64,000 bases of DNA from Amphiscolops sp. MND2022. Its lineage: Eukaryota. Below the pieces are notes generated by a model. The model was not told where the DNA came from. It saw only the letters and a program-made list of their open reading frames with translations, and made no database searches. Location: positions 27,158,001 to 27,222,000 of the forward strand of contig OZ076409.1 of NCBI GenBank assembly GCA_964187785.1, written 5' to 3'. Positions 51,194 to 63,245 of the stretch are shown piece after piece (positions within the stretch are counted from its first letter, which is position 1; every line of letters starts with the position of its first letter). Position numbers and translations under genes: made by a program.

Positions 51194-51994
51194 AAAATTA
51201 AGAAGTTTTAAGAATTTATTTTGATTGTCAGTATTCATGAAGTCAGTCTTAAATTTCAACAGTTGAATCAAACTTTTGAAACATGAGCTTTCAAGAATGA
51301 TATGCACTTCAACAACGGAGGACTATCCTTTTTCATTTGAACTAGGGACCAAACTCATAAATATTTTCCAGTGAAGGTCGAAGCAAAAAAAACTAGACAA
51401 AAGTTTTGAAATCCGTAAAGCTTTTAGAAGAAAAAAGACTTGTAACTGTTTTGGAACATTTTGTTGTGAGTGTTTTCATCCTAAAGAAAACAATAAAGTA
51501 TTTGTATATGATGCTGAAGGTTGCCTCTGTAGATTCAAATAATAGATAAATAAAAGAAATTTTCCGAGTCGAAATTTTAGTTGTTTACCTGGTAGTAGTT
51601 ATTTGTTTTTTTTTCCAGCACCAGAGAACCCATAAAGTTTATATGAATCCAGAATAATCATAATTATTATTGAAACCAATTCTCTTTTATCAAAACTTCT
51701 TTCACTCAGTTCTCCATTATTTAAAGGGAACGTGAATATCGAAACCTTAAGGTGAAATGATAACGTGTTGAAGGGGGGTTGGTGTTTTTGATGTTTTTGT
51801 TTTTTTTTCTCAGTGAAAGTTTTCAATAATTTATACGAAGAGACAGGCATAATATCGGTCCTAATTGGGCGTCTTGGTGCTCTTCCAGCGATTTCATCGA
51901 TTTTCGACTGAATTTTGACGTAATCAGTGGACTTATATTTTTCCTGCATTAATTGTTGTTGGTGTAGTAAATCAAATCAATTCTGGTGTTTCAG

Positions 51995-52201
51995 TTGTAT
52001 TTGTGCACCTCAAACCTGTTTCTGCTGCTGATGTCTATCCTGGTGTGTTTGGGCAGCTACCCCAACTACCACGTAGTGGACAACGGATACCCCCGCCCCA
52101 AGAACGAGATAGAGACAGGCATCTTTGTCTGTCAGTTCTTCTTCTCCCTCGAGTTCCTTCTCCGATTCATCTCATGCCCCAGATACTCCTTCTTTTTCAA
52201 G
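51995..52201 (+). CDS. Shaw: Kv3/Shaw-like exon 4 (S1-S2)
   Basis: TTTCAG acceptor; LYLCTSNLFLLL...FFFSLEFLLRFISCPRYSFFFK; predicted GC donor AG|GCACTT. Confidence 0.85.
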
Positions 52202-52582
52202 GCACTTCCCTTTTGTTTATTCACTCATTTTTACTTCCCCTTTTTCGCAGAAGAATGGCACAATTTTATTGAAGTCAAATAGAATATATATTGGAAACCT
52301 TTATGCCCCCAAAATACAAATAGTCCCTTTTCATACAAATGAAAGACGAAATGAAAAAATGTGAAAATTTTCTGACTTCAAGTTAAGAGCTTTAAAGTCT
52401 TTGGCTTTTTCCGGTAGAAGCTACATATTTGAAACTTCCTACCATCTTCGCTTCTTGTGTTTGCAATGAAAACAGACCATTGCTTTCCGATACAATTTCA
52501 TTTTATCCTTTTTAGAAAAACTGTTTGCTTTTTTGTTGGTATGTTTACCCGTGGGGAACCAAAAAAGGATTCCTATTTCCAG

Positions 52583-52759
52583 GATTTTCTCAACATCGTG
52601 GACATCATCACAGGCATGACTAGCATCCTGATGTTCGTGTGTTTCCTCACCGGCTACTACTTCCAGTTCCTGAATGTGTTGCTGCCTCTGAGGGTGCTCC
52701 GCGTACTTAGAATCACCAGACATGTCGAGGGGTTGCAGATACTGGGTCACACGTTCAAG
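52583..52759 (+). CDS. Shaw: Kv3/Shaw-like exon 5 (S3-S4)
   Basis: TTTCCAG acceptor; DFLNIVDII...LRVLRVLRITRHVEGLQILGHTFK; donor AG|GTTACT. Confidence 0.92.
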
Positions 52760-54423
52760 GTTACTGCACCTTTCAAACTTAACCATATCATCCGGGTTTC
52801 CTCAACATTTTGTTGATCGATCAAAATCTGACTATTGTTTGTCACCATACAATTCATGCATTTGTTCTAATACGATCTTACTATGATTAGCCTGGTTGAT
52901 ATTTTTCATATATGGCCCACTCGATGATCAGTTTGAAATCGTCCTGCTTTTAAATGACAGGCTTTGATAAGGATGTCTTCGCAGCGCAATGAAATTCGGA
53001 AACATTATTAGAAACAACAGTTCAATTGATCTGATTTTACTCACGTAAGTTAGGGAATGTGTAAGACAAAAGATTATTCTAGCTAGGAATATGTTCTTTC
53101 AGATAATGCTGTCTCGAAACTGAAACTTGACTCGGATGCCTACCCTATTGCGATCTTAATGCTAGAATGATGGAGCTTCTCTCTCCGATCACTTAGCTAG
53201 CGTTTCCACACTCGTCTTCAATTGAAACTTGAATTCTCAATTACTTTTACACGAAAAATGTTATTTGATGAAAGACATCGAGAAACTCAGTAGCAAAGCA
53301 AAAAGCAATATATCGTTTTGATGAAAATTTACTTTCACATTTTTGAAGAGAATTAGAAGCGAACATTTCAATTCATTTTCTACACGTTTTGACATTGACA
53401 CAGAGTTGATCATGCGATTCAATATTCTTTCATGATTTTCACGGAAAATGGAGAATTGGAGAAAAGTTTAGAAAAAGTTTTAACTGATTTTTGATTCGCT
53501 AGTAAGTGGCTTTTTCACTATAAAATTCAAATAATTTCTATCTACAAACATATAATATATTAGTGGAATCATCTATATAAAGTGGAGTCATCTATGGCCT
53601 AGACTGTGGTCAACTTGGAATCATAAACTTTTGCGGCTCATACAATGATCTGTTTGTGATTATAATTTCACCCGAATGTCCTTGAAACGCAAGTTCCAGA
53701 GACAAACAGCCATCAGCTTGTGAAGTTGAACATAAAAACGGCAATTGGGCAAACTTTTGATCTTAAGTCTTCATAATTTTTCATGTCGAATCACTGTATA
53801 CTTTTAAGGGGAGTTCAAAACGTAATTTGCATAAACGTTAGAAACGTCTCTGTCACTTTCCCCCCAGAATCGAAAACCAATATTTTTGAAGTGTCACTCC
53901 GTGTTGGAATGAACCCTTCAAGCAGTCGTCAAAATTAGCTAGATTTTTTAAAATATCTTGAACTGACACATGTTAAAAGCTTGAAGTTTGAGACTATTGC
54001 ATTATCAATTTTTCTCTTTTGTTTTCTTGAACCAGAAAAATCTTGGTTTCGGGGTTAACAAGAGTTTCTCTGTTTGATGATGGGGTCTAGGAAATCATGA
54101 TGGGGTCTGGGGTCCCCTTAGGTATTATATGATAAAGTGGGACTGATGTGTGTTTTTTCAAAAATACATTAATGTGTATACAAAAAGGTATCCGTCTGTC
54201 CCAGGTATCCGTCTGCGACGAAAGTTTCACTCGATCAGGCATACGTGCGAGAGAGCCCTTCCAGGAACAGTATCATTGAAGTAAAGCCCTACACAAAACT
54301 GCAAAGAAACTGGATCTGTTTTGCCTAATAACAGTACTAAAGTTTTTAAGTCCGAACCTTTGTTAAAATTTAATTTATTAGACATCAAATATAGCAACTG
54401 ACAAGCAAAGGAATTGAGTTCTA

Positions 54424-55403
54424 CCCGGGTCGACCCTCCATGGATATCTTAGTAAGATCTTGGAAAAATCTTAGCTAAGATCTTGCCAAGATATTGGCAA
54501 GAATTGCAAGATATCATGGTAAGATCTTACCAAGAGAGCCATGTTCCCAAGAAAACTTTTCTTGTAAAATCCTATTTGGAAAAAAATCTGAAAGGAAGTC
54601 AACAAAAATCAACATTTCTGCAGATTTATATTGTTAGACATTAAAACTTCTGTTAGCAATGTATAAAATTTGGTTGAAGAGATATTTATTTAGGAAGATG
54701 CTGATTAAATTGTTCTTTCAATTGCAAAACTGTCGCCAACAACGGCGTCAGAATAGCCTTGAGCTGAATCATTACCCAAATTAGTGCAATGACCGCGGTT
54801 TCTAGCAGTAATAAGGCTGCTGAAACAGGCTCAAATAAAGCTGGAAATATGATATTCACAATAATTTCCGGATTTTAAGGTCTTTCTTTTGTAACTTTCC
54901 GATAGTGGGTCTGGACGTTTGAGATCATATATCTCCGTCTCTGGAATCGACAGGAGTGATAAATTACAAGTTTTGGAAAGCCCTTGAAATGACCTTCCAT
55001 TTGGTACATTCGCATTTCTCAGTCCTAAACAGGTGAGCAGTTATTAGGATTCTCGTCAAAATTTCGGAAGCCAGAATACGTTATCGTAATTTTTCACACA
55101 TTTTTGCATGCAAAATTTTTTCAGCAGGTTTAAGCATTTTGATTATGAAAACGAGTAGAAATAGTCGTTGTTGGGTGAAATGAGCCCTTAGATTGAGTCT
55201 CGGCTGCTTGCACCGAAGGTATAGTGTTTTTTTATAATCTTAAAATTTTGTCCATCGTGATAAGATACGATCTTGGAAAAGGTTTTATCTTAGTAAAATC
55301 TTAATAGGAATCTTGCCATGGGATCCATGGTTGCCAAGATTTAGTAAGAATTTGGCAAGATCTTGCCAGCCAGCCAAGATGCTAGTAAGAGGGTCAACCC
55401 GGG
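54424..55403. mobile_element. Non-autonomous DNA transposon with CCC-starting TIRs
   Basis: CCCGGGTCGACCCTC ... GAGGGTCAACCCGGG; subterminal ATCTTGCCAAGAT repeats like the 49928 MITE. Confidence 0.7.
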
Positions 55404-55833
55404 TTTTGTTTCCCTGTCCAAATTGGCTAAACCTTAGAAAGATTATTCCAACTAATCACAGTGCTGCTGACATTCAATTTGAAGATGCTTCTGCACATAT
55501 TATAAGTGAACGGCCCAGAAGGCCATGCGTCCTAAAAAACTGTCGCCGTAAAGCCAATTAGCAGGGTATGGCCTCATTTTAAGACAAATGTTGTTGCTAT
55601 CTTGCTCTAAACAAACTTGCTTCTGAAGGACTAAAACATACCGAAATGATAGTGAACGAATAAATACGATGCTGTTTATACTTAAGTGTCTAATTCCTTG
55701 CCTTTATTTCCATTTGATTTTGTTCTTAAATAGACTGCTGGTACATTTAGAAATGCTGGCCTAATTTCGTGTTATATCATGTACACGTGCAACGTAATGT
55801 TGTTATTTTACATGTAAATTATGATATACTGGT

Positions 55834-57296
55834 TGTGATAATCCTTTTCCTCAGAGTCCTCATTTGAGATCATTGTTTCATCTAGGTCTATCTCATTACG
55901 GTACAAAGATTTTGCAGGATGTCTCATATCCTTGGAGCCTGAGGCTTTAAGAGGATAATCCTCGTTTTCTGAGTCAGAATTTTCAATGTTAGATGCGTGT
56001 ACTCCTATAGACTTGGATCCCGATGGTTGTGAATTTTGGGCTTCTGCTGCTTCTGACCTGGGATTCGTTGTTGTTGACATGCTTTTATTAGATCTAATTT
56101 CCTTTAAGATGGACTCTAGTTTATTGTCCATTTCTTCTCTCATTTTGGTAATTCTGTCATTGCTTTTTTGCTCTAAAATCTGCGTCCAAACTTGTATTTC
56201 GTTGCTAGTTTGACTGGGTTCGGCTAGTTGATTTTCTGAGTTGTTATCACCTAAATCTCCCTGAACATTCACGTTTAAATTAGTCAAAGTTTCATTACCT
56301 GTTTGGCGTCTCTAACTGGATGTTATTGACTTCTCTCTCAGGGGAAGGTGTCTCTAATCTCCTAGAACGTCTGTTTCTCTTGTTTCCCATCTTTACTTGG
56401 TTGATAACATCAGTTTGCAAAGGGGAAAACAATTGAATTTCTCCAGTGAATTGGTGCAAATAAGAATAGGTTGATGGCCAAAAATGTTGAAGGAAAGTTT
56501 ACAGATTGAGCAAAAGAGTTACAATTAAGAAGCAACTGCACTCTATGAAGGTAAAAAACAATTTTTAGCAAATACTCTTATTGCACTCCTTGTTTCAAAA
56601 ATAAAGAATGACACTCCTTTTTATGAGAATCAGGGTAGGAAAAGTACAAAAATAACATTACGTCAAAAAGACGTCATGCTATTTATATCCTGCAATCATC
56701 AAAGCATGATATTCAAAACGAACCTAACTGCCCTTTTGGACCCTGGAAAAGAGTTATAAAGCGACGTAAGAGGTATTCCAAATGATATAGAGCACCGTAT
56801 ACGCATTATCTATACAGTGTGGTTAATCCTGCTGAAAAGGTATAATACAGTGTGTGCATCACCACGGAAAACGTATGTTACCGTATGCAGAAAAGCGCAT
56901 AATAACGCATATGCGTTACTCTTAAAAACGTATAATGCCGCGTACCAACATTGCGCAAATCAGTATGATGCCGTACATACGGCACTCTACAAACTGTATA
57001 ATGCCGTATTGCCAAATTGAGTGAAGAAGTTCATTATTGCATGAATGAAATAGCAAAAGCACTATAGCTCCGAAATTACGTCATATAAAGATGACTCAAC
57101 TTAAGGTTTTGAATATTCATGACGATAAGACTAATTTAACATTACCATCAAATCGAAATGTCTTTGAATGAGAAAATATTTAACATTTACATGACCTCTA
57201 AAAATAAAACAAATCTTTAAATTTAGTTGGGTTTGGCTGCTTTTCTGTTTGTTCAGGGTTGCACTACGGCTCCATCGCAGCGCTGGGGCTCCGACA
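55834..57296 (-). mobile_element. Probable solo LTR (~1.46 kb) ending in a gag-like ORF start
   Basis: Minus strand TGTCGGAG...TATCACA with flanks CTGGT/ATGGT (one mismatch). Coiled-coil ORF ...RITKMREEMDNKLESILKEIRS... ends at the terminal CA; degenerate ATG at 56410. Confidence 0.5.
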
Positions 57297-57717
57297 ATGG
57301 TGTTAAACTATCCATGTTTTATTCAGTTGGTTATATAAGGCTTTGCGAACGAAAGTGCGTGCGGTTGCCTTTGAAGGCTACTTTACCCCGATGATGATGA
57401 TGTTATGCTGCTATATTTAGAACTGAAAGGTGCTGTAATTAGTAGTATGACATTTTGTATTTTGGGCGTCATCCCACTTGGGGTGCACAAAAGAAGTTTA
57501 GGAGAGCTCAATAACGACTTTTATATCATTACTTTGTTATTTTCCGACCCACATTTTCAATGGGGGAGAAAATTCATCATCTGCGTTGCGTTTTTTTTCA
57601 AATTCTGCCAAAACTCCACTTTGTACTACATGCCCCACTTACTCAGTTCCTTCAAGGCTGAGTAGGGAGGCTGAGTAGGTTACTCAGCCCCGCGACTCAG
57701 TCTCCCTACTGAGAGGA

Positions 57718-57860
57718 GGGAATAATATCTAAAGTAAAAATGGGAATAAGATCTAAGGGGAATAAGATCTAAAATTTCAGGACGGAAATAAGATCTAAAG
57801 GGAATAAGATCTAAAATCACTATATTTTAAATCTAATTCTTTAGATTTTATTTCCCCTCC
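57718..57860. repeat. GGGAATAAGATCTAA tandem motif array (MITE-like)
   Basis: About 5 copies plus a reverse copy TTTAGATTTTATTTCCC. Confidence 0.55.
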
Positions 57861-59086
57861 CAAAATAACAGTGGCTCAGTTGGTGAAGGCGAAAAGGGAG
57901 GAAAATATCCCGGTGCTTAGCGGGCGTCTTGTTACTATTCAAACCAGTTGTTAGAACTTTGTTAAAATTCAAATCTCAATAAAACAGAAAATATGATTAT
58001 TTTCCTGAAATACTCTTCTCAATGCCTTCATCGAGGCGACAAAGACTAGAACAAGACGCTCTACAAAGATGTACATCTTGTCCGACCAGGATAAATATGG
58101 ATAGATTGTTAGTAGAGAACGACTCAATTCCAATCGAGAGAGAACTAGAAAACGGCCCTTATGGACAGGCAGACACTGATGCCGTCCCCACGTGTAGAGT
58201 AAACTCTTCTCAAGAAAGTGAGATAAGGAGTATGAGGAATGGGAATGAGACTTGTAGGCCAGATACCTACTTCTCCCTACCTGAAATAGCAAACAATCTC
58301 TGGTTCTTTCAAAGGGTATCACCTTTGGTTAACTTTTTAGAGCTTTTGTCGTTAAAAAATAGACAACTCAGAATGTTTTATTGTTTTTTCGGCATTGTTA
58401 GATTTTTTTCCAAAATTTCTTCATGTCGCGAAAGGGTCTTTTCGTCGGTTATTTTGTTTTCTGCAATAAATTGAATAATAAACAAACCCCTAAGATTCCG
58501 TTTTTTGCGTTTTTCAGCACTGTGAGACTTTTTTCGAAATGTTTTTAGATCCTGTGGATCCGATGAGTTTTCAATGATTGTGAAAAAGACCAAAAGTTTT
58601 TTCCGACATTCCGCGAATTTTTTATTCAACTTTCTTTTGGTCAAAGGGTACCTCCTTCATTTAAATAAATGTCTTCGGCCTTAAAAAAGCGTTTGGTGTG
58701 CTCAAAGCTTCTTCTTCGACACTATGAGGTGTTTGCCCGAAGACATTTTTCGATAAAATTTATTTTTGTTCGAAAGTTCAGTTTTTGATTTTTGAAGTTG
58801 AGGAAACGCGGTTTTCGAGTCTTATGCGATATAAGAAAAATTAATTAATTGTGGGAATGAATTAATTTTCCAGGACGCCGAATCCAAAAATTGTAACTAA
58901 GCTTACCACAATATGTGATAAAAAAGAGCGGAAGGCAGTATTTTTTGAGACATTATCCAGTAGTCCTAAAACAATCTCCCATTGGAACTAAATATTTAAT
59001 ATGATAAACATCTGTAGATAACTTGACTAGTAGAACTGCATATCCAACTATTTATAGTAACTACAGGTCGTGTGTTTTTGTTCCAG

Positions 59087-59410
59087 TCAAGCGCTCAAGA
59101 ACTTATCCTGTTATGCTGTTTGTACATCATCGGAGTGCTGATTTTCGCCGTGTTAGTGTACGCATTCGAGCAACAAAAACGAGACGATCTCATCAACGTA
59201 GTGTGCCATCTTACCAACGGACACCACAGTGCTTCTGTATTCAATTGGACGGCCTATGCCAATGAAAGCTACCGGGGGGAGTATTTGGGAGAAGTCATCC
59301 AATGCATAGAAAGGGAACACCCCGGGTTCACCAGTGTGCCTATGTCTTTTTGGTGGGCTATTGTTACCATCACTACTCTGGGCTATGGGGATATAGTGCC
59401 AGAAACGGAG
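59087..59410 (+). CDS. Shaw: Kv3/Shaw-like exon 6 (S5, turret, pore)
   Basis: TTCCAG acceptor; SSAQELILL...[28 protein letters not shown]; donor AG|GTTTAA. Confidence 0.95.
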
Positions 59411-60484
59411 GTTTAAAAGTTTTCGTTGCTCTAATGAATATTCTTCTCCTTCAAAAAATGGGAAAAAAGAGAATTATTAATATGAATTGCGGACTGTATA
59501 TTCGAAAAGATTTTAGTCCAAAGAGAACAAAAGGAGATAAAGAACGTTTTTAATAATTGATGGATGAAAGTTTTCTTCTTTGGAATCTAATTCACTCGAA
59601 TGACCATCAGTAGTTTATTTGGAATACGATAACAATCAGTGTTGATGAATAAAGTATGGAAGCATTGTTTCATAATGACATTCCATTGGGTATGCTTCGA
59701 GTTTTCCTGAACTCCTGAGTTCCAGCAGAACTTATTACAGATCGAAATTTTTCATTATTTATTATGTATGTGTTTTAAGCTGTTACATTTCTATGAATAA
59801 AACAGAATCACTCCGCGTTGCTATGTATCAAGAAGTATTTAAGGCTTGGGTAGCGGGTATTTGCTACAAAAAATGATTTTGCCATTAGAACATTAGTTAT
59901 TACAAAATTTTCTACAATGCGCAAAATGCCAGATGGAATTATTGAATAAGCAATTATCGACAATTTTACCAACCAAAACATCGATAAACTTCTTGGAATT
60001 TAGCATCACAATAAAAGCTATATTCGTACAGAAAACCACTCGTTCTTCGGCAATCGGAGACTTAACATTTGGGCAATTGTGCAAAACTTGAGCAATTGTT
60101 GAAAAAGCAATGGAAACCGAAAGTTAGGTGACATCAGTTGCGCTGAAAGCAGACGTCTGTTCCATTAAAGTATTTTTTTTCTCGAGGCCACCTTTCTGAT
60201 TTGGAAAAAACACCTGTTCACTGTTTGGATGGCGTTTCACATTTAAACGTTCGAACTGCAATAAAGTTTCAAAATTTCAACATTATCTCGAAAATGGTGA
60301 TGGCTATGATCCTAGCACTCTAATCACACGTAGAATCCCATACAATTCGAATGGAATTGTAAACTTTCACTTCCACTGAAAACGGATGAACTGGATATGA
60401 TTCCATTGATCACCATATACAATGTATGAGAAGCATGAGAATGTCCCATATGTTTTTGTATGGAGTTCAACTTGGGTTATAACC

Positions 60485-60885
60485 AACAAGTTGGGAACGG
60501 CATAAGTCGGCGCCCGCTTAAGGCTTAAAAAGAGCAAAAGTATTTCAAAGCCTCAAGCATTCTCTTTTGAAAAAATTCTCAATCTCATAGTGCCAAAAAA
60601 TACCAAAGGTGGACTCTTTGGGTTTAAAAACGTTTTTTTTTCCTATCCAAAAAACTGAAAAACCAAATTGGGCCTTCTTGGAAAATTGATTTTTTTTCTG
60701 AAAAATGTCGCCTGAAAAAAAAGGTCCAAAAATAACCTATTATGTTACGGAAAAGAACGTATTTTTTCGAATATGTTTGTGAAAGTATGAATGGGGAGAC
60801 CCTACCGAATAACTTGCATGAAATGATCACTTCGACCGGATTGGAAAAAAAACGACGAAAAGTCACTATAATAATCCCGATTTAT
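60485..60885. mobile_element. HINE copy (diverged)
   Basis: AACAAGTTGGGAACGGCATAAGTCGGCGCC start; AAGTCACTATAATA near the end. Confidence 0.6.
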
Positions 60886-60924
60886 TTGATAGGTATGCAT
60901 GTGTTGAAGTGATTTTCTGTTCAG

Positions 60925-61075
60925 GTTGGAAAAGTGATCGGAAGTATCTGTGCAGTGACAGGGGCTCTAGTCATTTCTCTACCAGTTCCCTTCATTACCA
61001 AAAGCTTCGCTAACTTCTACTCACAGGCCAAAATCCACAAACAGCTCAAGCAGAAGGAACAGCTTTCCAGACCAG
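60925..61075 (+). CDS. Shaw: Kv3/Shaw-like exon 7 (S6)
   Basis: TGTTCAG acceptor; VGKVIGSICAVTGALVISLPVPFITKSFANFY; donor AG|GTCAGA. Confidence 0.92.
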
Positions 61076-61646
61076 GTCAGATGAGTGTAAAACTGATTGA
61101 TTTGGAAATAAACTTTTGGAAAGCCAGTGGATACTTTCTGTTGTTTCATGTTTGTTAATGTGTGAATACCGCTTTCTGCTTGTAGATGAAAGATTATATT
61201 CGTTCATTCAAAATATTGAAAATTCATTCAAAATTCGAAAACAGGAATGTTGAAAAGAATTCAAAATTCGAAAACAGGCATGTTGAAAAGAAGAACGTAT
61301 TGTTCCATTCTTTAGTTGCTTTTAGTTACAAGTGGTGATAATTCAGTGAAATCACTGAAGAATCTCATAAATCCGAAAACATTTTGCTTGCTTTCATGCT
61401 GGATAATTGCCCGTATAAACCAGTGTGTTTGTTTCGATCTTGCGGCCACTGAATTTTTTGTTTATTTTTTTGTCATGTGCCGACTAAAAAAGAGTGTGTA
61501 ATATGATGCGTGTTTAAATGAATTGTGGCGTATCGAAAGTATCACTAACAAGCATAATAGCATATATTACATAACTCAGCAGGGTTTGAACTAAGTTAAT
61601 AGAACGTATTGGTTATCATCTAATTGAGTGGTACCTGGTGTTGCAG

Positions 61647-61855
61647 GCGGTGGCGTGGGAGGCAGAGGCAGCAACCATCAGATAGGGCTGTCTGTATGTT
61701 GTGTGCCCGACTATGACTCCAGTTCCTGTGACTCGGTGGTCTCTGAGGAGGAAATGACGTCACAGGTGAGGGCCCGAAGGAGACGCGGGCTAGGGGACGC
61801 CACTGTGAATGACACCCAGTTCGACACTGTTAAGTCAAGATTGGACGAAGATGAG
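61647..61855 (+). CDS. Shaw: Kv3/Shaw-like exon 8 (C-terminal tail)
   Basis: TTGCAG acceptor with phase 1 matching exon 7; donor AG|GTACAA. Confidence 0.7.
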
Positions 61856-62075
61856 GTACAAAGACATTTTAGACCAATACGTATTTGATACTTCTGAAGT
61901 ATCCACAGAATCGAAGGCTTAATGAAAATCGGATTATGCTTTCGGTAACTCTGATGAATAATTACTATTGATGATAACTTCTGATCCGATCCAATTTAAA
62001 TCTGGGACATAATTTTTTCAATATCATCAGACAGTCTTTCAAGTTACTCACTTCATTAGAATGTTTTTTTTTCAG

Positions 62076-62288
62076 ATAAATTCGCGTCTGAGTGATAGAA
62101 GCATTCCAACGGCAGAGGCAGTGATGACGTCACGGGATACAAACAAAAGGGATACTGCGAGGTCACGTGACTCCCATGGTGACGTAATTGATGACGAGAA
62201 AGCTTTCGGCGAGTTGGATGAACTGGATTGGGTCAACGATGCCACGATACTCACTCGGAAGCAAGGTTTGACTCAATTTGAGTGCTAG
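62076..62288 (+). CDS. Shaw: Kv3/Shaw-like exon 9 (terminal)
   Basis: Poly-T-CAG acceptor with phase 0 match; ends LTQFEC*. Confidence 0.7.
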   Translation: MNSRLSDRSIPTAEAVMTSRDTNKRDTARSRDSHGDVIDDEKAFGELDELDWVNDATILTRKQGLTQFEC

Positions 62289-63117
62289 TTTCCGACATGA
62301 TACTAATTATTTCGATGTATATCCGTTTTGAAATGCTTGATAAAAAAGTCTGATGAATAAAGTTAGAGGTGCACCGGGCGTAAAAACTTGCATCAAAAAG
62401 ATGTCATTTGAGATCGTTTTCTCAAAATAGTTCAAGTCGTTTCCTTTCGAATGAAGCTTCTCATAAGTTGAATGAATCAATTGAACACTTTTACACAAAA
62501 TTTTTGTGTCCAGTTCCTTCCATGTGACATTTTTGATTCATAACTTCACATTTTTGTCGTTTTTTTTTCATTTTTCATCTCAGAAATGCGATCATTTGCT
62601 AAGATATTTGTACGGTCAGATTCCGTCAAAAGTCCAGCCGGACACCGTACCGGACTTTTTCTTGAAATCCGGCCGGATACCGGACCGGAATTGATGTTCA
62701 GTACACCACTTCCTGAAGGAGTGACTTTACTATAATGACCTATGCTCCATGATGATCCTTGTCTAGCCGCATGATATCCCATAACAATAGTAACAATAGG
62801 ACATGATCAGTTTACTATTTCATTGCTCAGGTGATCAGTTTGTGTCAATTTGCTTATAACGAAGTCTCCAATTAGGGCTCAAAAAGCAAAGTTTTTTGAA
62901 TGAGTCAAGAGGCTGTTTTTATGTACAGTTTGAAACATTTAACAATGCCGAACCGTTTGTCATCTTTGTCAGGTACTCTTTAGTTCTTAGGCGAAAATTC
63001 TGTAAACAACGGACATTCAGATACATTCTGTCATATGACGAAAAAAACTAGTCACTTCAAAATTCGGGCTCATTTCGTATAAAAAGGATGAAAGAAAGAT
63101 GCAGTTTTGCTTTTTTC

Positions 63118-63245
63118 AGTCGGCGCCCTTTTTCGGGTTCTATCTCCCCATAGCAAGCTATGTCACCATTTTTTGCCGCAAATAGTCGAGCAATGGTCGC
63201 CTTGAAGCTGTGATTTTACTGTGACTTGCTCAAAGCCATAAAAGT
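63118..63245 (-). repeat. Second (inverted, headless) copy of the 48771 SINE-like body
   Basis: Reverse complement of ~48960-49085 (CTTGAGCAAG..CACAGCTTCAAG..CATAGCTTGCTATGGGGAGATAG..GGGCGCCGACT). Confidence 0.75.

Larger units (their letters stand above)
23549..62288 (+). other. Shaw: Shaw/Kv3-like voltage-gated potassium channel gene span (9 coding exons, ~600 aa)
   Basis: T1 domain (VINVGGVRHTTYKHTL..PNTRLS, YFDRHP, HX5CX20CC Zn motif), S4 RVLRVLRITR, filter TTLGYGD, S6 PVP. Exons sum to 1803 nt with matching phases. Confidence 0.9.

Noticed and set aside
58022..58474. 150-aa ORF in Kv intron 5
   Set aside because: No motif, and the 3' half runs into HINE-like sequence; not needed for the Kv reading frame.
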